Shown here: positions 28,856-38,249 of the stretch, one piece after another
Layout: each line of letters opens with the position of its first letter
Position numbering within the stretch: the first letter of the stretch is position 1
Program-made: the position numbers and the translations under genes
Notes under the pieces: model-generated
Database searches by the model: none
The model's input: the letters and a program-made list of their open reading frames with translations, nothing else
What the model was told of the DNA's origin: nothing
Assembly: GCA_045539095.1 (NCBI GenBank)
Contig: JAZQER010000026.1
Coordinates: 1 to 59,417 of the forward strand
From: Acutalibacteraceae bacterium
GTDB taxonomy: Bacteria > Bacillota > Clostridia > Oscillospirales > Acutalibacteraceae
Length of the DNA: 59,417 bases
Reading direction: 5' to 3'

Positions 28856-28881
28856 AAAGCTCTCCGATCAAGGAGAGCTTT
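28856..28881 (-). terminator. Hairpin after the transglutaminase-like lipoprotein gene
   Basis: AAAGCTCTCC / GGAGAGCTTT stem. The T-run on the minus strand is displaced by ~9 nt. Confidence 0.5.
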
Positions 28882-28884
28882 AAG

Positions 28885-30126
28885 TTATTTGAATACTATC
28901 ACTGCAGTTCTATCATCTACCACTTCATATGTAATCCAATACACGGTGGTTTTGAGCGAATCGGCAAGTTTTTGTATTGCTCTGTCAGCAGAGCTATCCG
29001 AATAGTCATCTACAAGTATAAGGACTTGTGAACTGCCGTTCTCGGCAAAAGATTTCTTTACGGTTTTTACAAAATCTGAAACTGAAATTTTTTCTGTGTG
29101 GGCGTCTATAGACATTCCTATGCCCGAGCTCGCAGAAGGATAAACCTCAGAAAAATCGGGTATGTATGGCTGCAAACGGTCCTCAAAAGCAAAATTTCTT
29201 TTCTGCCGTATATCAAAATCGCTCTCGCTACTCTCCTCGCTCGCCGTGGCATCAATATTGTACCAAGAGTCGCCCAGCTTTGCAAAATTCCAAGTGTGTC
29301 CGATATCTGCATCTTCCCCGGTATACTGTTTTTCCACACACTCTATTCCCGCAATACTCAGCAGCAGACTGTACATATTCGCCGAGCCGTCACAGTGGGT
29401 CCTACCCCCAACAAGTCCGTCATAAAGATAGGGATAAACATTATCAGCAGAAAATTCCGTGTAATCATAATATTCGACATTAGAAAGGGTATATTTATGC
29501 AGATAATCCGCCTTTTCTATATCGGTCATACCGCTAGGCAAGGAAGCTATTATTTCTTTTGCCTTTTCTATCGCCTGCTGTTTTTTCGCTAATATTTCAG
29601 CATTGAAATTATCAACTTGAATGTAATAGCCGTCAAGGGCAGCATATCCATCAAAAAACATGGTATTGACATCGTAATACAGCGTGAAATCACCGTGCTC
29701 ATATAAAAGATTTTGCTCAAGGATCGGGGAGTCTAGAGCAAATAATGTAAGTATTTCACTAAGACGCTCGTATTCTGATACAATAAGGTCGTCTACATAG
29801 ATATAAATATATCCGTTTTCAAGCGCATATTCGTATGCGCGATAGACGGTTTTCTCATCCTCCGAGAGGGTATTATAATGCATATCTCCGCGAAAGACCG
29901 AAAGCTCTGTCCGCAGCTGAGATACCTCGTCTGCGGTCATTATAATCTCGTTAGAATCATCCGACAGAACCTCTGTTCCAAAGGCTATTTTCGGTACCGC
30001 CTCGGCCTCCTCCACAGCATTTATTCCAATAACTGTGCCAAGCGTATCTAAGGCGGCGCAACCGCAAAGAGAAATTGAAATGAATACCGCCAGCACCGCT
30101 AATATGCTTTGTTTGATATATTTCAT
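28885..30126 (-). CDS. Transglutaminase-like (cysteine protease fold) lipoprotein
   Basis: Lipobox SLCGCAAL. Core Cys-His-Asp triad context: GRTHCDGSANMYSLLLSIAGIE ... IGHTWNFAKLGDSWYNIDAT. Confidence 0.7.
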   Translation of the reverse strand: MKYIKQSILAVLAVFISISLCGCAALDTLGTVIGINAVEEAEAVPKIAFGTEVLSDDSNEIIMTADEVSQLRTELSVFRGDMHYNTLSEDEKTVYRAYEYALENGYIYIYVDDLIVSEYERLSEILTLFALDSPILEQNLLYEHGDFTLYYDVNTMFFDGYAALDGYYIQVDNFNAEILAKKQQAIEKAKEIIASLPSGMTDIEKADYLHKYTLSNVEYYDYTEFSADNVYPYLYDGLVGGRTHCDGSANMYSLLLSIAGIECVEKQYTGEDADIGHTWNFAKLGDSWYNIDATASEESSESDFDIRQKRNFAFEDRLQPYIPDFSEVYPSASSGIGMSIDAHTEKISVSDFVKTVKKSFAENGSSQVLILVDDYSDSSADRAIQKLADSLKTTVYWITYEVVDDRTAVIVFK

Positions 30127-30127
30127 C

Positions 30128-31759
30128 CTATTTTTTCACTATCTTTCCGCACTTCTGTATCTTTTGGCGTAAAGGTATAAAGCTTGATTTATTGTTCTTA
30201 AATACGATCCTTTCAGCGTTCTTTGCCTGCAACCAGCTTACCCGTTTTTTACCAAGCGCAATATTATCCTCGATAACAATATTTTTATGAACATATTCAC
30301 CCTTACGGAATTTGGTGTTTTCAGGATGAATTCGGAATATTGCCCTTTTACGGCGATTATAATCCTGATTGTAAATTCTGTTGTTTCTTATAGTGACATC
30401 ATTGGTAGGACCTGTTTCCCACCAATTTTTAGCATCGTTCGCAAGCAAAACTGCCGATCTTCTGAGGCTATAAAACTCGTTATTCTCAATGACTACCTTA
30501 CCGCGTGAAGAAACAAGGAAACCGCGGGTTGGTACCCTCTTCACGGTACATCCTTTGATATAAACATCGGGGCTGGCAGAAACGTTTTCGATAACAAACC
30601 CAACCTTGAACTTGTCAGCCGGTTTATCTAAAACAATTCTTATATCATACGGGTTAATAAGCTCTGCCGATACTACCGCGGCGGTATCTTCGGGAAGCAT
30701 ATAATCAGGGTCCGTCGTTTCTATAATATCCCCCGTTTTGAAAACATTGAAATTATATGTTTCGGGGTGAGGATGTCTTGCAACTATGGTATTATCCGCA
30801 CTCTCAACAATTTTCAAATAAGAGCCGTGGACGTTTATAGCATCATCGTTTGTACCGTCAAAAAGACAATTCTCTGCTATAAACTTTCCTCTGCAAGAGG
30901 ATATCTGTACCGAATCGGCAAAGCATGAAAGCACCCTTCCCGAGCCTTGCTCGGGCGCGCAGCGGACCTGTCTTAAGGTTATGTTTTCACTGCACTGCGC
31001 AACTATTCCGAGGCCGTGCATATAATGCATATTCATATTTTCAAAGGTGACGTTACTGCTCCAACCAAAAAAGCTTCCGCAATGGTCTCTAAGACCGTCC
31101 CTCTGATGCAGATGCTGACCGTTTTTTAAAAAATACGGGTTTCTGCGCCAATTTACATAAGTGCATTTCAAAATATTTTTTTCTATCTCCTCATAACGCG
31201 CGGTATCGTCCATCATCGGCCCTTCTTCCTGACTTATGACCCTCTCGTCGCCGGGAATATATCTCTGACAGAAATGCTTCACAGGATAAAATTCAAAACC
31301 GTCACCATACCAAGTCAGTTTGCCATCGTTATCAATGCGGTATTTAAAATCAGGATGGACTTTAAAGATATAATATCCCTTTCCCTTATCAATTACCTCC
31401 ATCTCAGCGGTTGTCGGAGTAGCGTAATCAAAAGAGAAATCCTTGAAGGTTATATTGTCGCTCTCAAACACAAAGAAGGGTATCAGCTTGCAATGAGCAA
31501 TTATTTTTGAGCCGTTACCGTTGATAACAACATTCTTCTTGCCCTCTATTATAATTCCAAGATTTTTTTCATAAGAAGCGCCCGCCTCTTTGCATTTACC
31601 CTCTGACATGGAGTTTGTTATTTTAAAGGTCCTTTTTGTCGCATCTTCAGGATATATATGATATACACCTTTTTCGAGTATAATCTCAACATTATCTGCT
31701 ACAGCAGAATTTATCTCTTTTGTGATATTTTTTATGTTTTCAAGTTTAAGTGTTGTCAT
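30128..31759 (-). CDS. Right-handed parallel beta-helix repeat protein, possible glycoside hydrolase (GH110-like?), no signal peptide
   Basis: 543 aa. The repeated short beta-strand pattern (..ITF.NM.., ..ITLRQV.., ..IENN.F.., ..TIRNNRI..) is typical of the pectate-lyase fold. The N-terminal '...IILEKGVYHIYPEDA' is reminiscent of GH110/GH28-type enzymes. The stop lies 1 nt from the downstream lipoprotein start. Confidence 0.55.
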   Translation of the reverse strand: MTTLKLENIKNITKEINSAVADNVEIILEKGVYHIYPEDATKRTFKITNSMSEGKCKEAGASYEKNLGIIIEGKKNVVINGNGSKIIAHCKLIPFFVFESDNITFKDFSFDYATPTTAEMEVIDKGKGYYIFKVHPDFKYRIDNDGKLTWYGDGFEFYPVKHFCQRYIPGDERVISQEEGPMMDDTARYEEIEKNILKCTYVNWRRNPYFLKNGQHLHQRDGLRDHCGSFFGWSSNVTFENMNMHYMHGLGIVAQCSENITLRQVRCAPEQGSGRVLSCFADSVQISSCRGKFIAENCLFDGTNDDAINVHGSYLKIVESADNTIVARHPHPETYNFNVFKTGDIIETTDPDYMLPEDTAAVVSAELINPYDIRIVLDKPADKFKVGFVIENVSASPDVYIKGCTVKRVPTRGFLVSSRGKVVIENNEFYSLRRSAVLLANDAKNWWETGPTNDVTIRNNRIYNQDYNRRKRAIFRIHPENTKFRKGEYVHKNIVIEDNIALGKKRVSWLQAKNAERIVFKNNKSSFIPLRQKIQKCGKIVKK

Positions 31760-31843
31760 AATAACAGCCCCCTAATATTTACTATGCTTATCTTAACAAT
31801 AGGAATCTTTTTTGTCAATCTGATAATGCTAATATTATAAAAT

Positions 31844-32317
31844 TTAATCCTTTCTCGAGCATTTTTCGGCGTCAATACTAAGTACCAGCATCAGCGCCGC
31901 GAGAGCATCGGCAGTGTTTGCCACATCTATAACATATGTATCGGTCCAGTTAAATAACTGCTTGGAAACTGTAGCCACGGTAGCTCCCGAATAATTAGTA
32001 ATTGAATAATCCCACTCAAAAAAGTCTCCCTCGACCTGCCAACCGTTGCAATTGATATTGTAACGGGGACGAAAGAAGGTGAGTTCCTTTGAGATACAGC
32101 CCACGTAAGCGTTGCCGACATACATTTCAAATTTCGGCAGAAAGGTGAATATTTTTTCCTTTACCGTACCTACCTCTGCTCCGTATTTATCGTATATTTT
32201 AAGACAGTGTCCCCACGAAAGCTGACCCTTTACGGTATAAACCATCTCGCCTGTTTCGTCAAATATATCGTAGCTATCGAACCAGGAAAAGAATCTTTGT
32301 TTAAATAATAACCTCAT
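31844..32317 (-). CDS. LURP-one-related / YxjI-family protein (tubby C-terminal-like fold)
   Basis: MRLLFKQRFFSWFDSYDIFDETGEMVYTVKG...KIYD..G.EVG.V.EK pattern typical of DUF567/LOR. Confidence 0.8.
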   Translation of the reverse strand: MRLLFKQRFFSWFDSYDIFDETGEMVYTVKGQLSWGHCLKIYDKYGAEVGTVKEKIFTFLPKFEMYVGNAYVGCISKELTFFRPRYNINCNGWQVEGDFFEWDYSITNYSGATVATVSKQLFNWTDTYVIDVANTADALAALMLVLSIDAEKCSRKD

Positions 32318-32405
32318 AATTTCACACCCTCCTCATGTAAAGATTATACCAAAACATTACACATAATTCAATCTTTTACGGGCAGACTTTTTATGAGGTG
32401 ATAAA

Positions 32406-32840
32406 ATGATAGAACAAGATACAATAAGACTTCTCAGAGAATGTGATGCAGGAATAAAAATGGGTGTTTCTTCTATTGAAGAGGTGCTCCCCTATGTTGA
32501 TTCAGCCCAGCTTGAAAAATTGCTCACAAAATGCAAAGAGGAGCACGCAAAGCTCGACTCAGAGCTTCAAGAACAGCTCGACCGCTTCAAAGACGAGGGT
32601 AAAAATCCTAATCCTATTGCAAAGAGTATGAGCTGGATGAAGACCAATGTTATGCTCGCTATGAAAGAGTCAGACCACACCATTGCCGACCTTATGACCG
32701 ACGGCTGTAATATGGGGGTAAAATCCCTCTCAAAATATCTCAATCAGTACGCAGCCGCCGATGAGTTTTCAAAGGATATAGCAAAAAAACTCATTGCTCT
32801 TGAGGCAAAGCTTGCAGAAGATATGAGAGCATTTCTTTAA
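32406..32840 (+). CDS. Hypothetical helical protein (144 aa)
   Basis: ORF with GAGGTG RBS. Predicted all-alpha; no motif I can name. Confidence 0.5.
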   Translation: MIEQDTIRLLRECDAGIKMGVSSIEEVLPYVDSAQLEKLLTKCKEEHAKLDSELQEQLDRFKDEGKNPNPIAKSMSWMKTNVMLAMKESDHTIADLMTDGCNMGVKSLSKYLNQYAAADEFSKDIAKKLIALEAKLAEDMRAFL

Positions 32841-33022
32841 AGTATTAATGGAACGGCACCGGTGTCGTTCCCTACATAGAAGTTATAAAAATTAAATGTA
32901 GATTTATGTTTTTGCCGATTAGATATACGGCAGCTGAGATAATCGAGAAAAATTTAGATGTAGAATCCGTTTTCTCGTGCATCAAGACGTATGTAGATAC
33001 TTCAGATGCGCGAAAAACGGAT

Positions 33023-33057
33023 AAAAAAAGAACTGACTTTGCGGTCAGTTCTTTTTT
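33023..33057. terminator. Bidirectional terminator downstream of the ABC transporter operon
   Basis: AGAACTGAC / GTCAGTTCT stem flanked by A7 and T6 runs. Confidence 0.8.
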
Positions 33058-33078
33058 GTTCTACGCTAAATTTTCCGA

Positions 33079-34026
33079 TTATCTTTCTTCTCGGAAATAC
33101 GAGAGGCCAAGACTCTCAGGCGGCTGATTCTTCTTCCTGCTTCTCATACTTGTAAAGATGAGAACTATGATGGTAACAACATAGGGCAGAAGTTTGAAGA
33201 GCTCTTTTCCTGCAAAGGAAACGCCTGTAATATAGCTCGATGCAATATAAAGAGCGCCGAATACTATCGAACCGAAAATCGCAAGATTAGGCTTCCATAC
33301 CGTAAAGATAACGAGGGCTATTGAGAGCCAACCAAAAGCATCGATACAATATTCCCAGTTACCGTTCAGATAGTCCATTATAAAGGTAAGACCACCAAGG
33401 CCTGAAATTCCCGAGCCGATACAGGTTGCAACATAACGGTATAAAGGAACGTTTATGCCTGCCGCATCGGCGGTTGCAGGGTTTTCGCCTACTGAGCGCA
33501 AATTAAGTCCGACTCTTGTTTTAGACAAAATAAAGGAACAAACAAGTGCCACGGCAATAGCAAGATAAATCATAATTCCGTGGGAAAGGAACAACTCACC
33601 AAACCAACCAAGGTCATCTGCAAAAGGAAGAGAAGCGGTGAAGAACTTACTTGCTCTACCAAAGGATGTTCCCGCCTTTGCTATCATATAGTCGGAAATA
33701 CCGATACCAAGAGTTGTAAGAGCAAGACCGGTAACGTTTTGGTTTGCTCTAAGGGTTACGGTTAGGAAACTAAATAAAAGTCCCATCAAAGCGGCACCTA
33801 CAAAGGTAGCAACGACTGCAACAAGAATTGCAAGGACGGGAGAAGCATAAGGTCCTGTGGATTTAAGATAAAGATATTCAGCAAAACAACCGCAAGATGC
33901 TCCCACACACATAACACCGGGGGTACCGAGGTTTAAGTGTCCTGATTTTTCGGTAAGAATTTCTCCTGTTGAACCAAAGAGAAATACCATACCAAGTCTG
34001 ATTGCACTAACAAGAAAGGCTAACAT
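33079..34026 (-). CDS. ABC transporter permease (BMP/nucleoside-type, NupQ/RnsD-like)
   Basis: 315-aa polytopic protein. It follows the paralogous permease with a 1-nt overlap, in an operon with a BMP binding protein and a double ATPase. Confidence 0.85.
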   Translation of the reverse strand: MLAFLVSAIRLGMVFLFGSTGEILTEKSGHLNLGTPGVMCVGASCGCFAEYLYLKSTGPYASPVLAILVAVVATFVGAALMGLLFSFLTVTLRANQNVTGLALTTLGIGISDYMIAKAGTSFGRASKFFTASLPFADDLGWFGELFLSHGIMIYLAIAVALVCSFILSKTRVGLNLRSVGENPATADAAGINVPLYRYVATCIGSGISGLGGLTFIMDYLNGNWEYCIDAFGWLSIALVIFTVWKPNLAIFGSIVFGALYIASSYITGVSFAGKELFKLLPYVVTIIVLIFTSMRSRKKNQPPESLGLSYFREER

Positions 34027-35117
34027 TAGTCATTCTCCTTTCCGTTTTTGCTTATAACAATTTTATAATTTAAGAAAAATTCGCAACCGATTATGAAGAA
34101 GAGAATGATACCTGTTACGATATCACTGATTGCCTGAGGAAGTCTGAAATCGGTAGAAACCTGTTGGGCTCCCTTTTGTAAGAATACGATAATAAAGCTT
34201 GTAAGTACCATAAAGAAGGGGTTAAACTTTGCAAGCCAAGAAACCATAATGGCGGTAAAACCTCTGCCGCCTGCGGTTTCGGTGTTGATTGTGTGGTTTG
34301 TGCCGCCTACAAGAAGCAGACCTGCAATACCACAAAGGGCACCTGATACTATAAGGGTTCTGATTACAACCTTTTTAACATTGATACCAATGTAGTTTGC
34401 GGTATTCTGACTCTCACCCACTACAGAAATTTCATAGCCCTGTTTTGTGTATTTCAGATAGATATAAACTACAATAGTTAAAACCGCGACGATAATTATA
34501 TTGAGCAAATACTGTTGATTAAAGAGCTCTGGTAAACCATATTCAGGCATTGGGAACAAGACGCCCGAGCCTGTTTTGACAAAAACCTTAAGAAAATATG
34601 AAACAAGCTGAATTGCAACATAGTTCATCATAAGAGTAAAAAGGGTTTCGTTAGTATTCCAATATGCTTTAAATATAGCAGGAATAACCGCCCAGATGAT
34701 ACCGGCTAAAATGGATGCGGCAATCATTACAATTAAAAGTAGAGGAAGGGGGATTTTGCCGCCTAAAAACATCATAACCGAAACGGTTGCAAGACCGCCT
34801 ATAAGCACCTGACCCTCTGCACCGATATTCCAAAACTTCATTTTAAAAGCAGGGGTAACTGCAAGTGAAATACAAAGAAGAATTGCAACATCCTGCAAAA
34901 GACTCCAAATACGGATATCCATTCCAAATGCGCCGTTCCACATTGACTTATAAACAGCAAGTGGATTTTTATCTGTCAGGAGGGTTATTACTATACCTGA
35001 AACAATAAGGGCTAAAACAACTGCGGCGGCACGAATGGCAAGTCCCTTATACCAGACAGTTTGTTCCCGCTTTACAATATGAAAGGAAAGAGAATTTTTT
35101 TGTCTTTTATTTTCCAT
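34026..35117 (-). CDS. ABC transporter permease (BMP/nucleoside-type, NupP/RnsC-like)
   Basis: 363-aa polytopic protein, translationally coupled on both sides. Confidence 0.85.
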   Translation of the reverse strand: MENKRQKNSLSFHIVKREQTVWYKGLAIRAAAVVLALIVSGIVITLLTDKNPLAVYKSMWNGAFGMDIRIWSLLQDVAILLCISLAVTPAFKMKFWNIGAEGQVLIGGLATVSVMMFLGGKIPLPLLLIVMIAASILAGIIWAVIPAIFKAYWNTNETLFTLMMNYVAIQLVSYFLKVFVKTGSGVLFPMPEYGLPELFNQQYLLNIIIVAVLTIVVYIYLKYTKQGYEISVVGESQNTANYIGINVKKVVIRTLIVSGALCGIAGLLLVGGTNHTINTETAGGRGFTAIMVSWLAKFNPFFMVLTSFIIVFLQKGAQQVSTDFRLPQAISDIVTGIILFFIIGCEFFLNYKIVISKNGKEND

Positions 35118-36646
35118 TATTTTTCTTCTCCTTTCCCCTTTGTCATTAGAAGACCTATTTCTTCTTTTGTGGTGGTTCTTGCATCAACAAGACCTGTTAC
35201 ACAGCCCGAACCGATTACCAAAATTCTGTCACAAAGCTCTAAAAGAACGTCAAGGTCCTCACCGACAAATATTACGGCAACGCCTCTCTCCTTCTGTTCG
35301 TTAAGGAGATTATAAATTGTGTACGAGGAGTTAATATCAAGACCTCTTACAGGATAAGCCGCCATCAAAACGGTTGGTGCGGCGGCGATTTCTCGGCCAA
35401 CTAAAACCTTTTGAACATTACCGCCCGAAAGCCTTCTTACAGGCGTTTCGGTACCCGGTGTTACAACCTCAAGATCGGAAATTATCTTTTCAGCAAGATC
35501 GTGAGGAGCTTTTCTTTCTAAAAATACAGATTTGCCCTTGCGGTAGGACCTAAGCATCATATTATCGGTGATGCCCATATTCCCAACGAGACCCATTCCG
35601 AGTCTATCCTCAGGAACAAAGGAAAGACGAACGCCAAGTTCTCTTATCTGAAGAGGGGTTTTATCCCTTAAATTGTCCTGCATACCTGTTTTTGGGTTGT
35701 TATAAATAATTTTTCCGCTATCAATATGCTGAAGACCTGCAATAGCCTCTAAAAGTTCTCTTTGTCCGCTACCTGCAATTCCTGCAATACCGAGGATTTC
35801 TCCGCTTTTTGCGGTAAAGGAAACCGAGTCAAGAAGTTTTACTCCTTCGCGGCTTACACAGTTGATATTCTCAACTTGGAGCCTGTCCTCACAGTCCTTA
35901 GGCTCACTTCTATGAATATTAAGGGAGATTTTCTTGCCCACCATCATTTCGGTAAGCTCACTCTCGCTTGTCTCGTTAGTGTTAACGGTACCTACATACT
36001 CGCCCTTTCTGAGAACCGAAACTCTGTCAGATAACGACAGAACCTCGTGAAGCTTGTGGGTTATGATTATGATTGACTTTCCGTCATCACGCATACGGCG
36101 TAAAATTGTGAACAGTTTTTGTGTTTCCTGAGGTGTTAAAACGGCGGTAGGCTCGTCCAAAATTAGAATATCTGCGCCACGGTAGAGCACCTTTATAATT
36201 TCAACAGTCTGTTTTTCGGAAACGCTCATTTCGTGAATCATCTTATTGGGGTCGATATCAAACCCGTATTTATGACTGATTTCAAGAACCTTTTTAGCCG
36301 ATTCCTTAATATTATATTTATCTTTACCCTTAAGTCCTAAAATAATGTTTTCGGTAGCTGAAAACACATCAACAAGCTTGAAATGCTGATGAATCATACC
36401 TATTTTATGGTCAAAAGCGTCCTTTGGAGAACGGATAACAACCTCTTTGCCATCTATGAATATCTGTCCGCTATCGGGGAAATAGATGCCTGAAATCATA
36501 TTCATAAGGGTTGTTTTTCCGCTTCCGTTTTCGCCGAGAATTGATAAAATCTCTCCGCGGTTAACCGAGAGACTAACATCTCGGTTAGCAACAACACTTC
36601 CAAAGGTTTTGGTAATGTTTTTTAATTCTATAGCTGCATTTGCCAA
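35117..36646 (-). CDS. ABC transporter ATP-binding protein with duplicated ATPase domains
   Basis: GENGSGKTT Walker A, LSGGNVQK signature in the second half, and ILILDEPT Walker B. 509 aa. Confidence 0.95.
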   Translation of the reverse strand: MANAAIELKNITKTFGSVVANRDVSLSVNRGEILSILGENGSGKTTLMNMISGIYFPDSGQIFIDGKEVVIRSPKDAFDHKIGMIHQHFKLVDVFSATENIILGLKGKDKYNIKESAKKVLEISHKYGFDIDPNKMIHEMSVSEKQTVEIIKVLYRGADILILDEPTAVLTPQETQKLFTILRRMRDDGKSIIIITHKLHEVLSLSDRVSVLRKGEYVGTVNTNETSESELTEMMVGKKISLNIHRSEPKDCEDRLQVENINCVSREGVKLLDSVSFTAKSGEILGIAGIAGSGQRELLEAIAGLQHIDSGKIIYNNPKTGMQDNLRDKTPLQIRELGVRLSFVPEDRLGMGLVGNMGITDNMMLRSYRKGKSVFLERKAPHDLAEKIISDLEVVTPGTETPVRRLSGGNVQKVLVGREIAAAPTVLMAAYPVRGLDINSSYTIYNLLNEQKERGVAVIFVGEDLDVLLELCDRILVIGSGCVTGLVDARTTTKEEIGLLMTKGKGEEK

Positions 36647-36729
36647 GCCTTTTTTCCTCCTAAACAGTTTTAAGTCTTAAAAAAGACTATCTTTTATAAG
36701 ATAACCTTTTTTAAGGTTTAAAAAGACAT

Positions 36730-36757
36730 TAGGGCGGTGCAGAATTGCCCCGCCCTA
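36730..36757 (-). terminator. Intercistronic GC-rich hairpin after the binding-protein gene (attenuator or mRNA-stabiliser)
   Basis: AGGGCGG / CCGCCCT stem. Two weaker AT-rich hairpins follow at ~36673-36688 and ~36703-36718. Such hairpins are typical between an SBP gene and its downstream ABC genes. Confidence 0.55.
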
Positions 36758-36767
36758 AAAATTTTAC

Positions 36768-38024
36768 TTAGAACTTCTCGTTCAGACGAGTGATTCCATC
36801 AATCTTAAGGTCAAAGTAAGGTGCAGAACGTTTTACTGATTCGTTGAATGCGCCGCCTTCAACAACCTCGGTATCAGGCTGATAGTCGCCCATATCGTCA
36901 ACGTCAGCAGTGTAGGTTGTAAGCTCCTTGCCTTCAACAGTGAATGTCTTGGTATCGAATACCTTAACAGTACCATCAGCAAAGCCCTTAACTACTTCCT
37001 TGATCTTATCAACGGTTCCCTCAGCCGCAACATCCTGGTTAACACCGGTAAGAACTACAGAACCCTCTGCAATGCCGCCACACCAGTCAGCTGCAATCTC
37101 TTCATCCTTTACAACGCACTTAATGATGTAGTTGTAATAAGGAGTCCAGTCAATTCTGGAAGAAACGATGAAGGTTTCAGGGCAAGATTCATAGGTAGCG
37201 CCGTTGTAAGAAACGTTAGGAACACCTGCAGCTTCGCAAGCACCGGGAGCACCCATAGAGTCAGCGTGCTGAGAAATAAGAACGCAATTCTTAGCGATAA
37301 GAGCTTCAGCTGCATTCTTTTCCTCGGTCGGATCATACCAAGAACCTGTAAACTGAACATCCATTGTCACAGTGGGGCAAACACTCTTTGCGCCAAGGTA
37401 GAAAGAGGTGTAACCGGAGATAACCTCTGCATAGGTAAATGCTCCTACGTAACCCATCTTAGCCTGTTCTTTTGTGATTTTGCCTTCTTCAATCATTTCG
37501 TTGAGCTTCATACCTGCAGCAACACCTGCGAGATATCTACCTTGATAGATAGAAGCGAAAGCGTTATGATAGTTAGCAAGACCTTCTGTATGAGCCTTTG
37601 TTCCTGTAGCGTGGCAGAACTGAACATCCGGGAACTCTTTTGCAGCCTTAATCATGAATGCTTCATGACCGAAGGAGTTTGCAAAGATAATGTCGCAGCC
37701 CTGGGTAGCAAGGTCCTTAGCTGTGTTATAGCAAGCATCATCTTCACCAACGTTGGTTTTAACGATAACCTGCTCGTCCTTTAGGCCGGTAGCCTTCTGG
37801 ATAGCATCAACAGCATTAAGGAAGTTTAGGTCGTAGGTAGAGTTTTCATCATGTAAGCAGATGAAACCGATTTTGAAATCTTCGGGGATTTCATAATCAA
37901 CCTTTACTTCTACAGGAGCAATAGGAGCATCGCTCATGCCGAGAAGCTTTTTGTCGTTTTTGCCACAAGCTGCAAAGCAGAAGACCATTGCAACGACAAG
38001 AAGAAGCGCGAGTAACTTTTTCAT
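36768..38024 (-). CDS. BMP-family (basic membrane protein/PnrA/Med-like) ABC substrate-binding lipoprotein
   Basis: Start moved to ATG 38024 (GAGGAGG 9 nt upstream). Lipobox FAACGK. The assignment rests mainly on operon context (paired permeases plus a double-domain ATPase) and lipoprotein character. I did not identify a family-specific motif. Confidence 0.85.
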   Translation of the reverse strand: MKKLLALLLVVAMVFCFAACGKNDKKLLGMSDAPIAPVEVKVDYEIPEDFKIGFICLHDENSTYDLNFLNAVDAIQKATGLKDEQVIVKTNVGEDDACYNTAKDLATQGCDIIFANSFGHEAFMIKAAKEFPDVQFCHATGTKAHTEGLANYHNAFASIYQGRYLAGVAAGMKLNEMIEEGKITKEQAKMGYVGAFTYAEVISGYTSFYLGAKSVCPTVTMDVQFTGSWYDPTEEKNAAEALIAKNCVLISQHADSMGAPGACEAAGVPNVSYNGATYESCPETFIVSSRIDWTPYYNYIIKCVVKDEEIAADWCGGIAEGSVVLTGVNQDVAAEGTVDKIKEVVKGFADGTVKVFDTKTFTVEGKELTTYTADVDDMGDYQPDTEVVEGGAFNESVKRSAPYFDLKIDGITRLNEKF

Positions 38025-38179
38025 TTTTGTTTTCCTCCTCAAAATTTTTGAGTTTTATTATTTAAAAAAGCCCTATGCTTTTCTAAATGCAACACTACAG
38101 AACCATTATATTACATATTGCGATTTTTTTCAACGCAAATTTTTAAAAAATATGACAAAAATTAAATAATGTTTTAATG

Positions 38180-38208
38180 TTGATATTTTTTAAGTTTGCA
38201 AGTATAAT
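38180..38208 (+). promoter_or_regulatory. Candidate sigma-A promoter of the murD operon
   Basis: TTGATA (38180-38185), 17 nt, TATAAT (38203-38208). Confidence 0.55.
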
Positions 38209-38249
38209 AAAAATATATATGCATTTTGCAGATTTTGGAGGAATCAGTT

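Noticed and set aside
32864-32875. A third partial match (GTCGTTCCCTAC) to the spoIVB 3'-end repeat.
   Set aside because: Only 12 nt match, and they sit within an unrelated hairpin after gene 32406-32840. That is too short to distinguish from chance without a genome-wide count.
32906-33127. A 73-aa plus-strand ORF in the gap after 32840.
   Set aside because: It runs straight through a bidirectional terminator (33023-33057) and into the 3' end of the permease gene on the other strand. It has no RBS and no recognisable sequence.
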